In this document: positions 51,263 through 64,000 of the stretch, in pieces
Layout of the letters: each line of letters starts with the position of its first letter
Position numbering within the stretch: the stretch's first letter is position 1
Assembly: GCF_006345805.1 (NCBI RefSeq)
Contig: NC_042999.1
Span: 137,020,001 to 137,084,000 of the forward strand
Source: Octopus sinensis
Lineage: Eukaryota
Reading direction: 5' to 3'
DNA: 64,000 nucleotides
Made by a program: the position numbers and the translations under genes
Notes under the pieces: generated by a model
What the model was told of the DNA's origin: nothing
What the model saw: the letters and a program-made list of their open reading frames with translations, nothing else
The model's database searches: none

Positions 51263-51537
51263 GGAGGCGCAATGGCCCAGTGGTTAGGGCAGCGGACTCG
51301 CGGTCGTAGGATCGCAGTTTCAATTCCCAGACCGGGCGTTGTGAGTGTTTATTGAGCGAAAACACCAAAGAAGCTCCACGAGGCTCCGGCAGGTGGTGGT
51401 GATCCCTGCTGTACTCTTTCTCCCATTCTTTCTTCTGTTGGCCTGCTCGCTTAGCCAGCGGGGTGGCGTCATTCGAAGGCTAAAACAATGCGAACGCATT
51501 GTGACCAGCGATGTGTAACAACAGCTGATGGTCTGGT
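51263..51537 (+). mobile_element. tRNA-derived SINE (same head as 18155-18389)
   Basis: ggaggcgcaatggcccagtggttagggcagcggactcgcggtcg...; A/B boxes and a ~160-bp match to the 18.2-kb copy. Confidence 0.85.
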
Positions 51538-51779
51538 ATTTGGAGAGACCGTATCTTTTTGTTCGACGCTTTTTCCGACTGGAACTCTTATAGATGATAA
51601 CTACAGATTTCTCCAAAGCTTTTCACCACGTGTTTCGAAATGGTCATGAGACATTGATTGAAAAGATGTTATCAACATCAAAGGCGAGCTACGAACACAC
51701 TTTCATATTGTGAACGTCATCGACCTCATCGCCGAAACATCAAATCAGCCGCCAACTGATCACCCATAGTTCAGCTGTA

Positions 51780-52350
51780 GCGTATAAAAACAAAAATGCG
51801 TTTCGAAAACGTGGCACCAGTCTGAATAGTGAAGGAAATGATGAAATTTGAGGAGGTGAAGGAATGTGTCTACTTGGACATAGTAAATACATGCCGAGTC
51901 ATGAATGTTTAAATCTCGTGCAGTATAAGAGCAGGATTAAAGATGTGCTCGAAGCACAGCCGGTCTAGACCCTGCGTACCAACCTCTTCAATAGTACCGT
52001 CCTTGCGCTTCTATACGCATGTAAGACATGAGCTACTACGAAGAAGGAATAACATTGACTATTAGATGCATAGGGCCATGCAAAGGATCATATTCGTAAT
52101 GATATAATTCAACAATAGAGAGGAGTGAATAATGTGATCGCGGAATACCGAAAACACAAAAACTGCTGAGCCGGACGTGCAGACAAGGGGTGGACACGTG
52201 CCCCTTGTCAAGTAGTATCTAAAAGATCGGAAGAGACTACTTGAAAGATCTCCAAGACAACAGGAAAGTGACATAATAAAAATATTCGGGTCCAAATTGA
52301 AGAAAAGTGCAATCAAGGGAAGGATAGAAACGCGTAGTAACCAATAATGT
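51780..52350 (+). mobile_element. Degenerate RTE LINE 3' fragment
   Basis: cgtaccaacctcttcaatagtaccgtcc gives RTNLFNSTV..LLYA..TW-like residues; many stops. Confidence 0.55.
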
Positions 52351-55139
52351 ATGAAGACATTTGATAGTCTTGTCGATAGAGCGATAAATATATCGCATTA
52401 AGCCGCATATTAAAATGCAAACAAACCCCCAACATTATAATATTCTTTAAAATTACATATTAGTATATTTGACAGTGCTTCGGTATTAGTAGAGGACGTT
52501 AGCTATGAGTAAGTGAGTGTGTGCTAGTGTGTCATGTCACACACTAATGACGTTATAGATTTTACCGAAAGATTGCCTTATATTTTATAAAGATGGAAAT
52601 GTTAAACGCTAGTAGATTATCTTATTCTACTAAGCAACACTGCATGGTATTACAGGTTTTTAAAATATAATTTAGGCTTTTAAATCGAGATATGTAATCC
52701 ACGATATCGGATAATATGGAATTTTACGGTAACCATTTCTATTGGAATCGGCGTTGAAGCCTGTGTATTGTAGAGATACACAGAAGAAAATATAACTTCA
52801 TTTGTGTAGGACGTCCTCTGAAAATTTCTTAAGAGAAAAAAACAGCACTATACAACTGAAGGGAAGTAACTCTGCTGATACTTTCAAATACTGCTGTGTC
52901 TCTGCCTGCCGTGGGCGGTGTTTCGTTTTATGATTCAAAAAGTGAAACTACTGAAGTGGGTCGGAATTTGCTGGAAACTTCGCAGTTTAACGAAAGTGAA
53001 AGAATTGATTTTTTCTTTAAATGAAATAAAAATAATACAAATCTGACGTAATAAAATGTTAATTGCAAAAGCCCGGTTTTCGTAAGAGGCTTTTGGTATA
53101 TTTTTATTCGTCATTCCCTCGGTATAGGTACAGAGAGTGTCGGTATGAGGATACGACGTCATTCACCCTCTACTTGAGTTTAGCCTCTAGAGAGGGAAAG
53201 TTGTGTGTGGTTGATGTATACCAATATAGAAGGATTGCATTTATATATTTCTAACAACACCACAAAATTTAGGGAAGGTATTAAATCTATCCAGTTCTTA
53301 TTCTATCTACATTGGAATGGTGAGAGTCAAAGTCACCCTCGACAATAAAATAAAAGGGCGTATATGCATTTTTATTTTAGCCAAAAGGCCTGGACAAAAC
53401 CGTGAGCTATTTTGTCTCACAGTATAGTTTATTTTACACCGCTCTTTAAATCATGCGTTCTCAACTGCTTTACTGCACAGAAAGAATAAATTTTATTTCT
53501 GTTTTATTGACTATGGTATTCTGCTGGGTGTTTTTGCATTATATACATGATAATTAAATCGTATATCAAGAATTTACTGTATTTTTTATGTGCGTGATCC
53601 CTCGATCCATGGGAAAATATTTTCGCATGAAACCGGTCCGTGGTGAAAAAAAAAAAAAAAGGTTGGAGATCGCTGCTTTAAATATTAAAATTTCTTCACC
53701 GCAGAAACGAAGATATATATATATATTTAATCTGAATGTTATGTAACAAGGGACGTAACTTACATGGGGTAACTTCCCTTTAGCTGTCAATGAAATCGCT
53801 CAAGCTTATAATCTTCATAGATTTATCAGATCTTCATAGAGCCTCAATTCAAATAAGAAAATTACAGATTTGGTTTTAATTTAATATCTAAATTGAAAAA
53901 AAAAAAGTTTTTAATTTTTTTTATCTGATACTATGTTTATGATTGAAATTTTATGTTTTATTTGTCATGTTTTTTTATCGTTAAAAGGAGATCGTCTGTT
54001 CCCGACAAAACAACTTGGTTGTTTCGACAAAACAACTTGGTTGTTTTGCTTAGTCTCTGATCAGTTCCGACAGTAGAGTTTGACTTGATGAAAATTGGCT
54101 TTCAAACTGGTCAAATGACTACGAGGAGGACCACGTAAAGTTTTATTTTTCTCTTGTTCTAAAAAAAATGGAGACCGTATCCAATAACGTCGGCTCTCTA
54201 ACTAGTTTATTTTCGAATATGTACCTGTTTGATAAATAGGACTAAGATTCGGTGTTGGGATTAAAACAGCTCTATTAGCATAGGGTCAATGTAGCTTAAA
54301 AACACGTGTTTGTTTTAGGCAAGATCTCCACCCGTCCCCCCAAACCACCCGTTTAAAAAAAAATTTTTTTTTCGACACAAACCCCACTTTTCGGCTACGG
54401 GGAATACGAATCTGCAAAAAAAAAAAGAAATTGACAAAAATCAGCATTTTAAAATTACCACCCCCACTCCCATTTCCTTCATTTTTTACTTTTTTCAGAA
54501 ATTTTTTTTCAAAATATGCTGGAAAATACGGACATTATGATTCTGACAAAAATTTCAAACCATTTCTGTAGTTACGGTTTTTACTGTTAGGGTTAGGGTT
54601 GGCGAAAAAAAGTCCAAATTGAAGAATTGGGGGGGGGGGGTTAACAATGCCGATTTTTGGCAATTTTCCGGAACCTCGGTGTCCCAAAACGGGTGTTTTT
54701 GGCAAAAAAAAAAAAAAAATTACAAAAATAAACAAATTTGGGAGAAAATGAGGTGGTGGGGGACGGAAGTCTTTCCCTGTTTTATATTTATGTTATGCCA
54801 TTTATTTATATTGTGAGACCATGGCGAATCTGGAAATGGAAAGTCTTGCTTCAGTATCTGCTGGCAGAGCAAGATGCTGTCTTGGTGCTGTTGCTTTCTG
54901 TTTTGTATGCATGTTAGTTGTTTGTAATTGCTCTTTTCTTTAGCACCAATCCTCATCCACTCCTTTTTTTTTTTTTTCAACCCTGTTCAGAAATAATAAT
55001 GAAATTAAAATGAATATAAAATTTTAATGGCTAGAATGCTCTATTATAGCACTAACATATTTTATTCACATAACCACGAAGCCTTAAATATTTCAGGATG
55101 GAATAGTTTATTATATGAACCCTAAAAGTATTTGACTTG

Positions 55140-55525
55140 TACTTTATTATATTTTATCTTTTACTCGTTTCAGTCATTAGGCTCAGGCCATGCTAGGACA
55201 CAGCCTTGAAGAATTTTTACTCAAATGAATCGACCCCAGTACTTTTATTATTTTAAAGTCTTGTACTTATTCTATCAGTCACTTTTGCAGAACTGCTAAG
55301 TTACAGGGACATAAACACACCAACTTTAGTTGTCAAGTGCTGGTGGACACACACATACATACAACAGGCTTCTTTCAGTTTCCATCAACCAAATCTACTC
55401 TCAAGGCTTTAGTCAGCCTCAGGCTATAATAGAAGACACTCGTCCAAGGTTCTATGCAGTGGAACTGAACCCAGAACCATGTGCCTGGGAAGCAAACTTC
55501 TTACCACACAGCCATGCCTGTGCCT
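55140..55525 (-). mobile_element. Full-length tRNA-derived SINE
   Basis: Homologous to 43020-43436 and 2192-2537. Confidence 0.75.
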
Positions 55526-57007
55526 ATATATTGTTAGAAATTGTTGCAGTGCTGGACAAAAAGGCCTTACTGTTCAGAGATCAAATTACTAAGAGATCAA
55601 CTTTGTTTTCATTTTTCCCAGGTTGATAAAAGAAAGTACAACTCAGTGACATAATAATCAACTCTCCCTCCCTACCAAAACCATAGTCCTTGTGTTCTAT
55701 GCCTAAAAAAGTCAACATTAATAAGAACTATAACAAAACTTAATTGTGCAGGTAGCTTTGAAGTATTGTATATTTTTATTTTATTTTCGCATGTTGTATT
55801 CATAATTAAGGTGGGAAATATCTGGTGGGAAACACTGTTGTGGTGAAGTTAAGTCAATATTTTATTCTATTGTCCATATGTTAAGATATAATTAAAGTGT
55901 TACATTTCCCATCATTTCTTCTATACTGTCTTTCTTTGACATCAACTCTTATTTAACATTTTTGTTTTTTCTTTGCTTTTTTCTTTCTCTTTCTTTCTAC
56001 CCCCCCCCACTTATTCTCTCTGTCAAACTTTTTTAACCAATTTCATTTCTTATCTTGAATGTCTTTTTTTTATTTTCCAACCTGCTTCTTCAGGTCACTG
56101 AGCTTTTATTCTGTTTTTGCTTACGTTTAATAACTTACTCATACATCCTGTAGAATATATCTACTTATTCAAATATTTTCAAATTTTAGCACAAGGCCAG
56201 CACTTTCAGGGTACTCTAGTGTTCAAATGGTACTTATTTTATTGACCCTGAAAGGATGAAAGGCAAAGTTGAGCTTGGCAGCATCTGAACTCAAAATGTA
56301 AAGTTGGACGAAGTGCCGTTAAGCATTTTGCCTAGCATGTTTATGATTCTGCCAGCTTAGCACCTTTATTTATTCAAATATTAGAATATTAATTTTTTTT
56401 ACTAACCTCAATTTCATTAAATGTTTATATTGTTATCTGTTTTCAAATAAAGACGAAAAATTACTTTAAATAAATGACAAGCCAGAGTAAAAAACTCAAA
56501 ACCTCAATTAACTCTAAATATTGAGTGTCCTCTCCTTTCGTTTAGCAGCCATGAGGTTAAGAGCTTACTTCTCAACTAAATGGTTTTGGGTTCTGTCCCA
56601 TTGTGTGGCACATTGGGCAAGTGTTTTCTACTGCAGTTCTGAGCTGACCAAAGCCTTGTGAGTGGATTTGAAAAAATGAAACAGAAAGAAGTATATGCTG
56701 CTACAATGACAACAACAGCAACTACTATTACTATTACTGCCACTACTGCCACCACTACCACATCATCATCATCATCATTGTTGTTGTCGTAGTCATCATT
56801 TTATTGCTCTCTTTCCCATATCTGCAGAGATCAGATGAAAAAAAATTTGTTTGATTTTCTATGGCCAGATTCCTTCCGGTTGCCAACATTCACTTGTTCC
56901 CAAGCAAGATAATATTTTCAGCATTGAAGATCAGAAACAAACAACATTGCTTGTATTATATATATATATATTTGTATGTCTGTCTGTATATATATATATA
57001 TATATAT

Positions 57008-57285
57008 CATCATCATCATCATCATTGTTAATGTCTACTTTCCAAGCTGGCATGGGTTGGACAGTTTGACTGAGGACTGGCAAGCCAAGAGGCTGCACCA
57101 GGCTCCAGTCTGATCTGGCAAGGTTTCTACAGCTGGATGCCCTTCCTAATGCCAACCACTCTGAGAGTGTAGTGGGTGCTTTTTACATGCCACAAGCATG
57201 GGGGCCAGTCAGGTAGCACTGGCATCGACCACATTCAGATGGTGCTTTTTACATGCCACCGGCATGGGAGCCAGTCAGGCAGGTA
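57008..57285 (-). mobile_element. RTE-type 3' end with (GAT)n tail
   Basis: Shares ggatgcccttcctaatgccaaccactc with 26040-26300, 26860-27050, 46790-46905, 58070-58270 and 58590-58770. Confidence 0.65.
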
Positions 57286-59100
57286 AAAATTAAACCATTA
57301 GTTGCATGAGAAAGATTTTGTCAAATGAATTGATCCCAGCATATTACTGGTAGCTATTTTATCATCCTTTGATTGATAAAATGCCAAGTTATCCCTAGAG
57401 GGATTTGAACTCAAAATAGATAGAGAAAATGGAGATAAAGCTAAAGATCACTCATTTTGCCTACATAGGAATAAGGATAGTTGTGTGATAAAAAGAAATT
57501 TTGAGTTTGATCTCACTGCATGACACCATTCTTTATGTTAGAGTCAAGTTGATCAATACCTTAGAAGCAGACACTTGGTACACAACAGAAACTGCATAAG
57601 AAGTCCATCAAACATATTGTAAAGTACAGTCCTTTCATAACTGAGTGTTGCTCATAAAATGTCTCACACAAGTTCAAGAGAATTAATGGCTTGAGAAAAT
57701 TCAAGTAAAAAAAATAAAGGTTCAATGACTTATGGAGTTAAATCTATAGTCACATTAAATTGGGGCATAATTAAGAGATTGATTGTTTCTGTTATCTTCC
57801 TTAACTAAATGTCTTCTCCTCTGAACTAGTTACAGCATTCCAACTTCACTCAGACTCATCCAGCTTACCTTTTTCTGTCATAGCTATTGATCCCTATTGT
57901 ACTGCAATCACCCTTCTTGATGTCCCACTAAACTCTCTCCTTTGCAAAATTAAAATCCTCTAACATTTTTTCACTAACTCTGTATGTACAAACTCAAAAT
58001 CAACCAAAGTCAATCATATCAGCCTGGAAGGACCGGCAAAGCTCATGGACTCTGTACATCTCCTTTGTGTAAAGTCACCATTTAATGTCTGTTTTCCATG
58101 CTGGCATAGAATGGACAGTTTGACAAGATCTGGAGATCTACAGGGCTGTGCCAAGCATCAGTGTAAGCTTCAGCATGGCTTCTATGGCTGGATTCCTTTC
58201 CTAATGCCAACTACTATACAGTGTGTAGTGGATGCTTATATCGTTCCACTTGTACTAGTGGGGTTGCCAAGAAACTTGAAAGACAGAAGAAAAAAAAGAG
58301 TAAAAAAACAAATTCCAATATTGATTGTTATTTATTTACATCTGTTTACTTCCTTCCTATTTGCTTTCATCAAAATCTTAAAACTACTCAACACAGAAAC
58401 AAACTGAGAATGTTCTAAGAGTGTTTGTCCTTTCATCTTACATAAAACAACTTAATAAGTTGTTTAACATCCATTTTTCCATCTTTGCTTGAGTTTGGAC
58501 AGGAAGTTATTTGAGACTGAATTTTATAGCTGGTGTCACATAAAAAAAAAACCTCATGTTGGTGTCACATATACAGATTCTGTGTTGGTGCCACATAAAA
58601 AGCACTCAGAACACTCTCTAAAGTGGTTGACATTAGGAAGGGCATTCAGCCATAGAAACCATATCAAAACAGACAAATGGAACCTGGTGCAGTTCTCCAG
58701 TCGGCCACCTCCTGTCAAACCATTCAACCTATGCTAGTATAGAAAATGGATGTTAAATGATGATGATGAGGCTGGATGCTCTTCTGTCAAGCAGTCATAA
58801 TGTTGACAAGAGATGTCAATATTCTCACCACTTCGTTTGAGTGGTGAAAAGTGTGAAATATCAACATTCATGCATGTTCATATGCACAAGCATGTACGTT
58901 CATTCATTTCATCTGTTTTTCTATGCTAGCATGCTTTAAATATGAGGATACTGAGGCAGGAATTTTAGGGCCAAATACACTTCCTTACTGGTTTTTCAAG
59001 TACAAAATTTTTATCTCAGAGGAATTTGAAAGCATAGAGCTAACAAACAATTTGTTGATAGTAAATGTGAACAAATGTCACTGGTCGCAGCCTAACCAGA

Positions 59101-59152
<52 letters not shown>

Positions 59153-59417
59153 GGGCTTCTTTCAGTTTCCAGCTACCAAATCTATTCACGTATGTGTGCA
59201 TTCATTTCCGTAAGTGTGTGTTTGTGTCTTCTTGTCTTGACATCATGCAATAATTGTAAATGAGCATCACTGTCATACAAGTGGTTTTGCATATTTCCAA
59301 TCATCCAGGGAAACATATCTGGCTGTAAGGAAATATTACCATAAATTTCTGCATCTTTTCACTTCATTAGCTATGATCCAATGACATCATTTCCAGCCAA
59401 AAATGTATCTTCAAATA

Positions 59418-59841
59418 CAGGGCTGGATTAAGACTTGTAGAGGCCCTAAGCACTTAAAAGGTTTGGTGTCCTCAAGTATATGTAAATAGTTCAAAATGTA
59501 AATGATGATAAATTATAAGATAAATTTTTATTTTTCAAAAGGAAACAAAATTTACAAGACGATGGAAAATAATGTTTATTTTTGTATGCTTCTACTTTAT
59601 TTATATTTGAAAAGTTTTCTCCATTTAAAAAAAAATTGTAATGTGTTTGATGATATTAAAATTAATTTTATGTAAAATTTCTGCTTCTATACTTAGTAGA
59701 GATAAGGCATTATGAATATTATTTTAGCAAGTGTAAGGTGATTTCTTTTGTGCCATAAACCATTTTCATTTCTGTGGTGCCCCTCATTTCTTGATGCCTT
59801 AAGCATGTGCTTATTTTGCTTAATGGGTTAATCCAGTGCTG
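59418..59841. mobile_element. hAT-like MITE
   Basis: TIRs cagggctggattaa / ttaatccagtgctg. Degenerate 8-bp TSD ttcaaata / ttcacaca. Confidence 0.65.
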
Positions 59842-60009
59842 TTCACACATGTCTAGAGGAGGAATTTTCTCCTGGGACTATTTTTGCAGTGAAAGGTCTT
59901 ATCACATGCAAATGCACTGGAATGCTGTTATATATGATTTTACATGAAAATATTTTAATCAAAGCTGATTCATGCAATATTATACATATACATATATATA
60001 ATATGTAGG

Positions 60010-60380
60010 GTATTGGCTATGCTGACAGTGGATGGAAAACATTTTTGAGTTATAAACTGGTAGATAGGTCTGGCTAAAGTTCATAACATGAAGTAATACA
60101 AGATAGAGAATAAAACATGACAAAGAATCTAAATTAAAAGATAAAATAAAGAATGATAGGTCTACACTTATTGACACATATAGACGTACATGTCTTTATA
60201 TGTGTGTCAACATGTGTAGACCTATCCTTCTTCATTTTATGTATTTATTTGGATCCTTTGTCATGTTCTATTCTCATATTACTTTGATTTACGTGATGTA
60301 TCCACTCTAAACTATAGCCAGACCCACCTACTGGTTATAACCTGGAAATGCTTTCCATCCACTGTCAGTATAGCTAAACT
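60010..60380. repeat. Nested imperfect foldback (MITE-like)
   Basis: 60010-60082 pairs with 60310-60379. Inner ~100-nt hairpin at 60140-60240 (gataggtctacac...gtgtagacctatc). Confidence 0.7.
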
Positions 60381-60896
60381 CAGTATATGTAATGAAGCAT
60401 CTTATTTAATATGTGATACCTGATGAGATGCACCTTGCTATGATTGATGCAACACAATTAGCTATGCAATATCCCACTTGAAGGGAATAGATGCAGGATG
60501 CTTCGAAACGATTGTTGTGATGATTAAAGATTCTTGCTAACTCCATATATATATATATATCATTGAAAACCAAGAGGAGAGTGGAGGTGTGTTTACATCC
60601 AAAACATTTTTATTAAATAGTTTCCTACAATATATATAAGAATTACCATCATTGTATATATCTATGTGTATGTGTCTCTGTGTCTCTGTATCTGTGTTTG
60701 TCCCCCAAACCCGTCACCATGTGACAACCGGAAATAGTTTGTTTACATCCGTGTAACTTTGCAGTTTGGCAAAAGAGACTGACAGATTAAGCACTAGACT
60801 TAAAGAATAAGTCCTTGAGTTGAGTTGCTTGACTAAAACCCTTTGAACCAGTGTTCCAGTATGGCCACAGTCAAATGACTGGAATAAATAAAAGAG

Positions 60897-60948
<52 letters not shown>

Positions 60949-62372
60949 CATATACAAATAAGAAAATGGAGAAACAAATTCATCTCGTTCATCAACTTAT
61001 GGATATTACAATTTTACATTATTTATTAATTATACAAATGGGAACATCAAAAGCATTTATGTATTAAGAATTTGGGTACTTTACCAACAGTATATTGGAT
61101 AACTGATATCCCATAGTGGGTTACATTCATAACCCCTATCTTACTTTATATATATATATATATATATATTACGGAGATGTACTCGCATAGCAAGTGATTT
61201 GATCTGAGATCGTGTGCTGAAACGAAAACAATTGCAGCGAGAAACGTACCCAGGATATACCTATTGGATGAATTACAGTGGAATGACTCACCATAAGTAA
61301 TCCTAGGTGCTCCTTACAACTTGATGCTGTTAGCTGGAACCTAGATTATAACTGAGTACTTGTATGGTACCCACCTGGATAATTTATCCCTATCTAGTCA
61401 TCATATATATGTATGTATGTATATATATATATATATATGTATGTATATATATATATATATATGCAGATCAGCATGTTGATTTGCTAGCTTCTGCACACAT
61501 TTTTTTCTCTCCTTGTTTCTCTCCGTGTTTCTTTTCTGTGTATCTTTCTGTTGAAGAGCGTAGGCTTGAAACGTAAAAGACTTGTTTTATTTATATTCCT
61601 GAGCGCCATACTAATACAATTGTTTGTTTGTATTCCACCTACCTTCATCTTTTGTTTATTTTCATAAAGCTTCCCGTTATATATATATATATATAAGTTC
61701 AGCAAAATTTAGATTCAAACGAATATGGTACTTAAGTCAGATGCACCAGAATTTTGTACGGTGTCATCCATATAAATCCATGGGGTGATTATAATCAAAG
61801 TAAGCAACAAGAATAAATGCCCTGATGCAGTACCAGGGAGTGGCTCTCATGGCTTCTGATCTTAATTGATTGGAAGTGTTATCATGTACATTGGTTTGTC
61901 TTGGTATAAAAGGATGGCTACAGCAAATATTCTGCTCAATACCACAGATTTACTTGTCAGTTGTTTGACCTTAACCAGTTGTCCATGTCCCTTAGTGGCT
62001 GACGATATGTGCATCTCTGATCATGAGCAGAAATAGTGGGGAAGTATCATAGCCATGTGTTGTGAGGGATTCTTTGGGGTTTGAATTATTCACCTCTGGA
62101 AACATGGGTGTTTCATTTAACATCCTTAAACAACCCTTATTCAGAGACCTTTTGAGTGGGATGGGTTACTTGACCAGAACAAAATTCTAACTGGGCCCCA
62201 CCTGCAAGGTCATGTGTTGTTTATCTTGATATGAGATCACCATGTTGCGAACACATGGTTGTGATGCATGTGCCTAGTATACCCTTATCACATGGGTAGT
62301 CATGATGGGTATACTGAGCTTTGTATATTTTACCTCAGTGTCACTTTGATGGCATGCACTGCTCTCTCACTC

Positions 62373-62404
<32 letters not shown>

Positions 62405-62421
62405 TAATAATAATAATATAG

Positions 62422-63036
62422 GGTAGGACAGTATTTACATTGAAAAATTTGTAAACATTACAAAATCAGCACTCCTGCTTACTGAACATCATCCTGAGCC
62501 AGTCATTGAAGGTTAAAATGTCACTATCCTCTGGAATTTTCCAGTCAACACTGACAGAATGACCCAGGCTAATTAACCAGACATGATTATAAAAGACAGG
62601 GAAGAAAATACTTGTAAACTAATAGATGTAAGTGTTCCTACTGATAAAAATATATCTGTCAAAGAATTTGACAAATTAAGTAAATATAAGGATCTGGAAA
62701 TTGAAATACAAAAGATGTGGTTTCTTAAAGTAAGAACTGTTCTTGTTATTGTGGGTGACCTAGGTATGATAAAAAAGGGATGCCAGAAACATTTAAAAAA
62801 GGTCCCAGGAGAACCATGTCTCAGAGAAATCCAAAAGATAGTGTTGACAAGTAGTGCCCACATCTTTGGAAAAATCCTATCCATTTAAATGTCTGTGTTA
62901 TATTACATGAAGACATTTCGCCACTTCCTCTCCCCAAGCTTTCTGCCATACTGTAACATCTCTTATCCTTCACACACCCTAAGATGCTGAGTGTGCCTCA
63001 GCAAGTGCTTGTAACAAACATGCAGATTAAAAGTAA
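62422..63036 (+). mobile_element. R4/Dong-type non-LTR retrotransposon 3' fragment (restriction-like endonuclease domain)
   Basis: VTILWNFPV...PDMIIKD...IDVSVP...KLSKYKDL. Flanked by (AAT)n at 62373-62420 and near 63037, matching the known (TAA)n targeting of Dong elements. Confidence 0.75.
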
Positions 63037-63275
63037 AATAATAATAATAATGATAAAAATTAAAATGGTTTGTGATTTAGACACAAGACCAGTGATTCTG
63101 AGGGGAGGAGGTTAGTCAATTCCATCAGTTGCAGTACTTGACTGGTACTTTATTTCATTGTAATGTAACCAGATTGTAACCTTAGCAGGATTTGAACTAT
63201 GAATGTGGAGAACCAGGATAAATACCACAAGCTATCTTTTCTACCAATTCTACCAATTCACTGCCTTATTAATAG

Positions 63276-63470
63276 TTGTAGTAGTTGTAGCAGCAGCAGC
63301 AGTAGTAGTAGTAGTAGCAGCAGCAGCAGCTGCAGTAGTAGCAGTAATAGCAGCAGCAGTTGCAGTAGCAGTAATAGCAGTAGTAGTAGTGGTAGTGGTG
63401 GTGGGGTATAATTGTAGTAGCAGTAGTATTGGAAGCAGTGATGATGATGATGATGATGATAATAACAATG
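63276..63470. repeat. Compound trinucleotide microsatellite (GTA/GCA/GAT)
   Basis: Visible tract; explains the homopolymeric ORFs at 63199-63533. Confidence 0.95.
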
Positions 63471-64000
63471 GCAGTGATGGCAAGGAGGTGGAGAAACAAT
63501 TACCTCCGTTGTAATTTTTTTCTGTGTCAACAATCCTGAAACGCCACTGTCAGGTAAATCTTCAAAGAAATCCGATTGTCAGAGCTTATAATGAGGCATA
63601 GCAGCATAAACCAGTGACAGGAGGAGGAAGAAACAGGTTTAATTCTCAAAGTTGAAGATTAACTCAATTGTCTGGATGTTGATGGGTGGGTGGTTTTGTA
63701 TTAATTATCTCAATTACACTTCCTCACTGAAGCTGACAAGAAAACCTATCAAAGACTCAGCAACTGGGACAATGACAGGTTGCTAAGTTTTTTTTTTTTT
63801 TTTATGTAAGCTACAGTTTTGTTAAATAAATCTAAATTTATTAACCTACTTTCAGATAATCTCAAATTTGTTGTGAAATATCCCCAGGTTTTATATATTC
63901 CTTTTTATGTTTGTCAGGAGTGCTGTGATGGTTGTATGGTCAAGAAACTTGCTTTGCAATTATGTTGTTTTGGGCTTATTCCCACTGCATGGCACCTTGG

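Noticed and set aside
51263-51340. Possible tRNA gene (also 18310-18389 and 8455-8545)
   Set aside because: A/B boxes continue into shared SINE bodies, with no convincing acceptor stem or terminator.
54580-54605. TTAGGG repeats as an interstitial telomere (also 8421-8432 and 16805-16818)
   Set aside because: Only 2-3 units, and at 8421 and 16805 they lie inside MITE-like elements.
54821-54943. Short ORF MANLEMESLASVSAGRARCCLGAVAFCF... with a good Kozak context, as a possible first exon
   Set aside because: No homology recognised and no downstream exons found; cannot be supported without RNA data.
63199-63533. Poly-S/A/T/L/H/Y ORFs
   Set aside because: Trinucleotide microsatellite.

Overview
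AT-rich eukaryotic genomic DNA, probably from an octopus or other coleoid cephalopod; this is inferred from the SINE/RTE repeat landscape and dense AT/AC microsatellites. (1) The dominant structure is a ~31 kb quasi-palindrome: left arm 19249-36353, spacer 36354-36635, right arm 36636-50172, about 99% arm identity where sampled by eye. It carries two complete, spliceable, head-to-head copies of the 5-exon cyclophilin B gene (PPIB, 212 aa). The apex holds a 188-bp hairpin MITE with Merlin-like GGATCTTTTC ends and no target-site duplication. The outer right junction abuts a truncated direct copy of a Merlin transposase relic whose longer copy lies just left of the left arm. Together these suggest a transposon-end-driven inverted duplication. 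The two PPIB copies differ by 3 nonsynonymous and 1 synonymous change, and the arms differ by several arm-specific insertions and deletions. (2) On the minus strand at 1417-12133 are the first three exons of a Dicer/RIG-I-family DExD/H helicase whose N-terminus carries two matrin/U1-type C2H2 zinc fingers and no recognisable CARD; the gene runs off the left edge. (3) The rest is mobile-element debris: a mariner with nested hAT cargo, a Tx1/L1-like LINE inserted into a SINE head with a 16-bp TSD, RTE and R4/Dong fragments, a Helitron, MITEs, tRNA-derived SINEs and microsatellites. All alignments and counts were done by eye.
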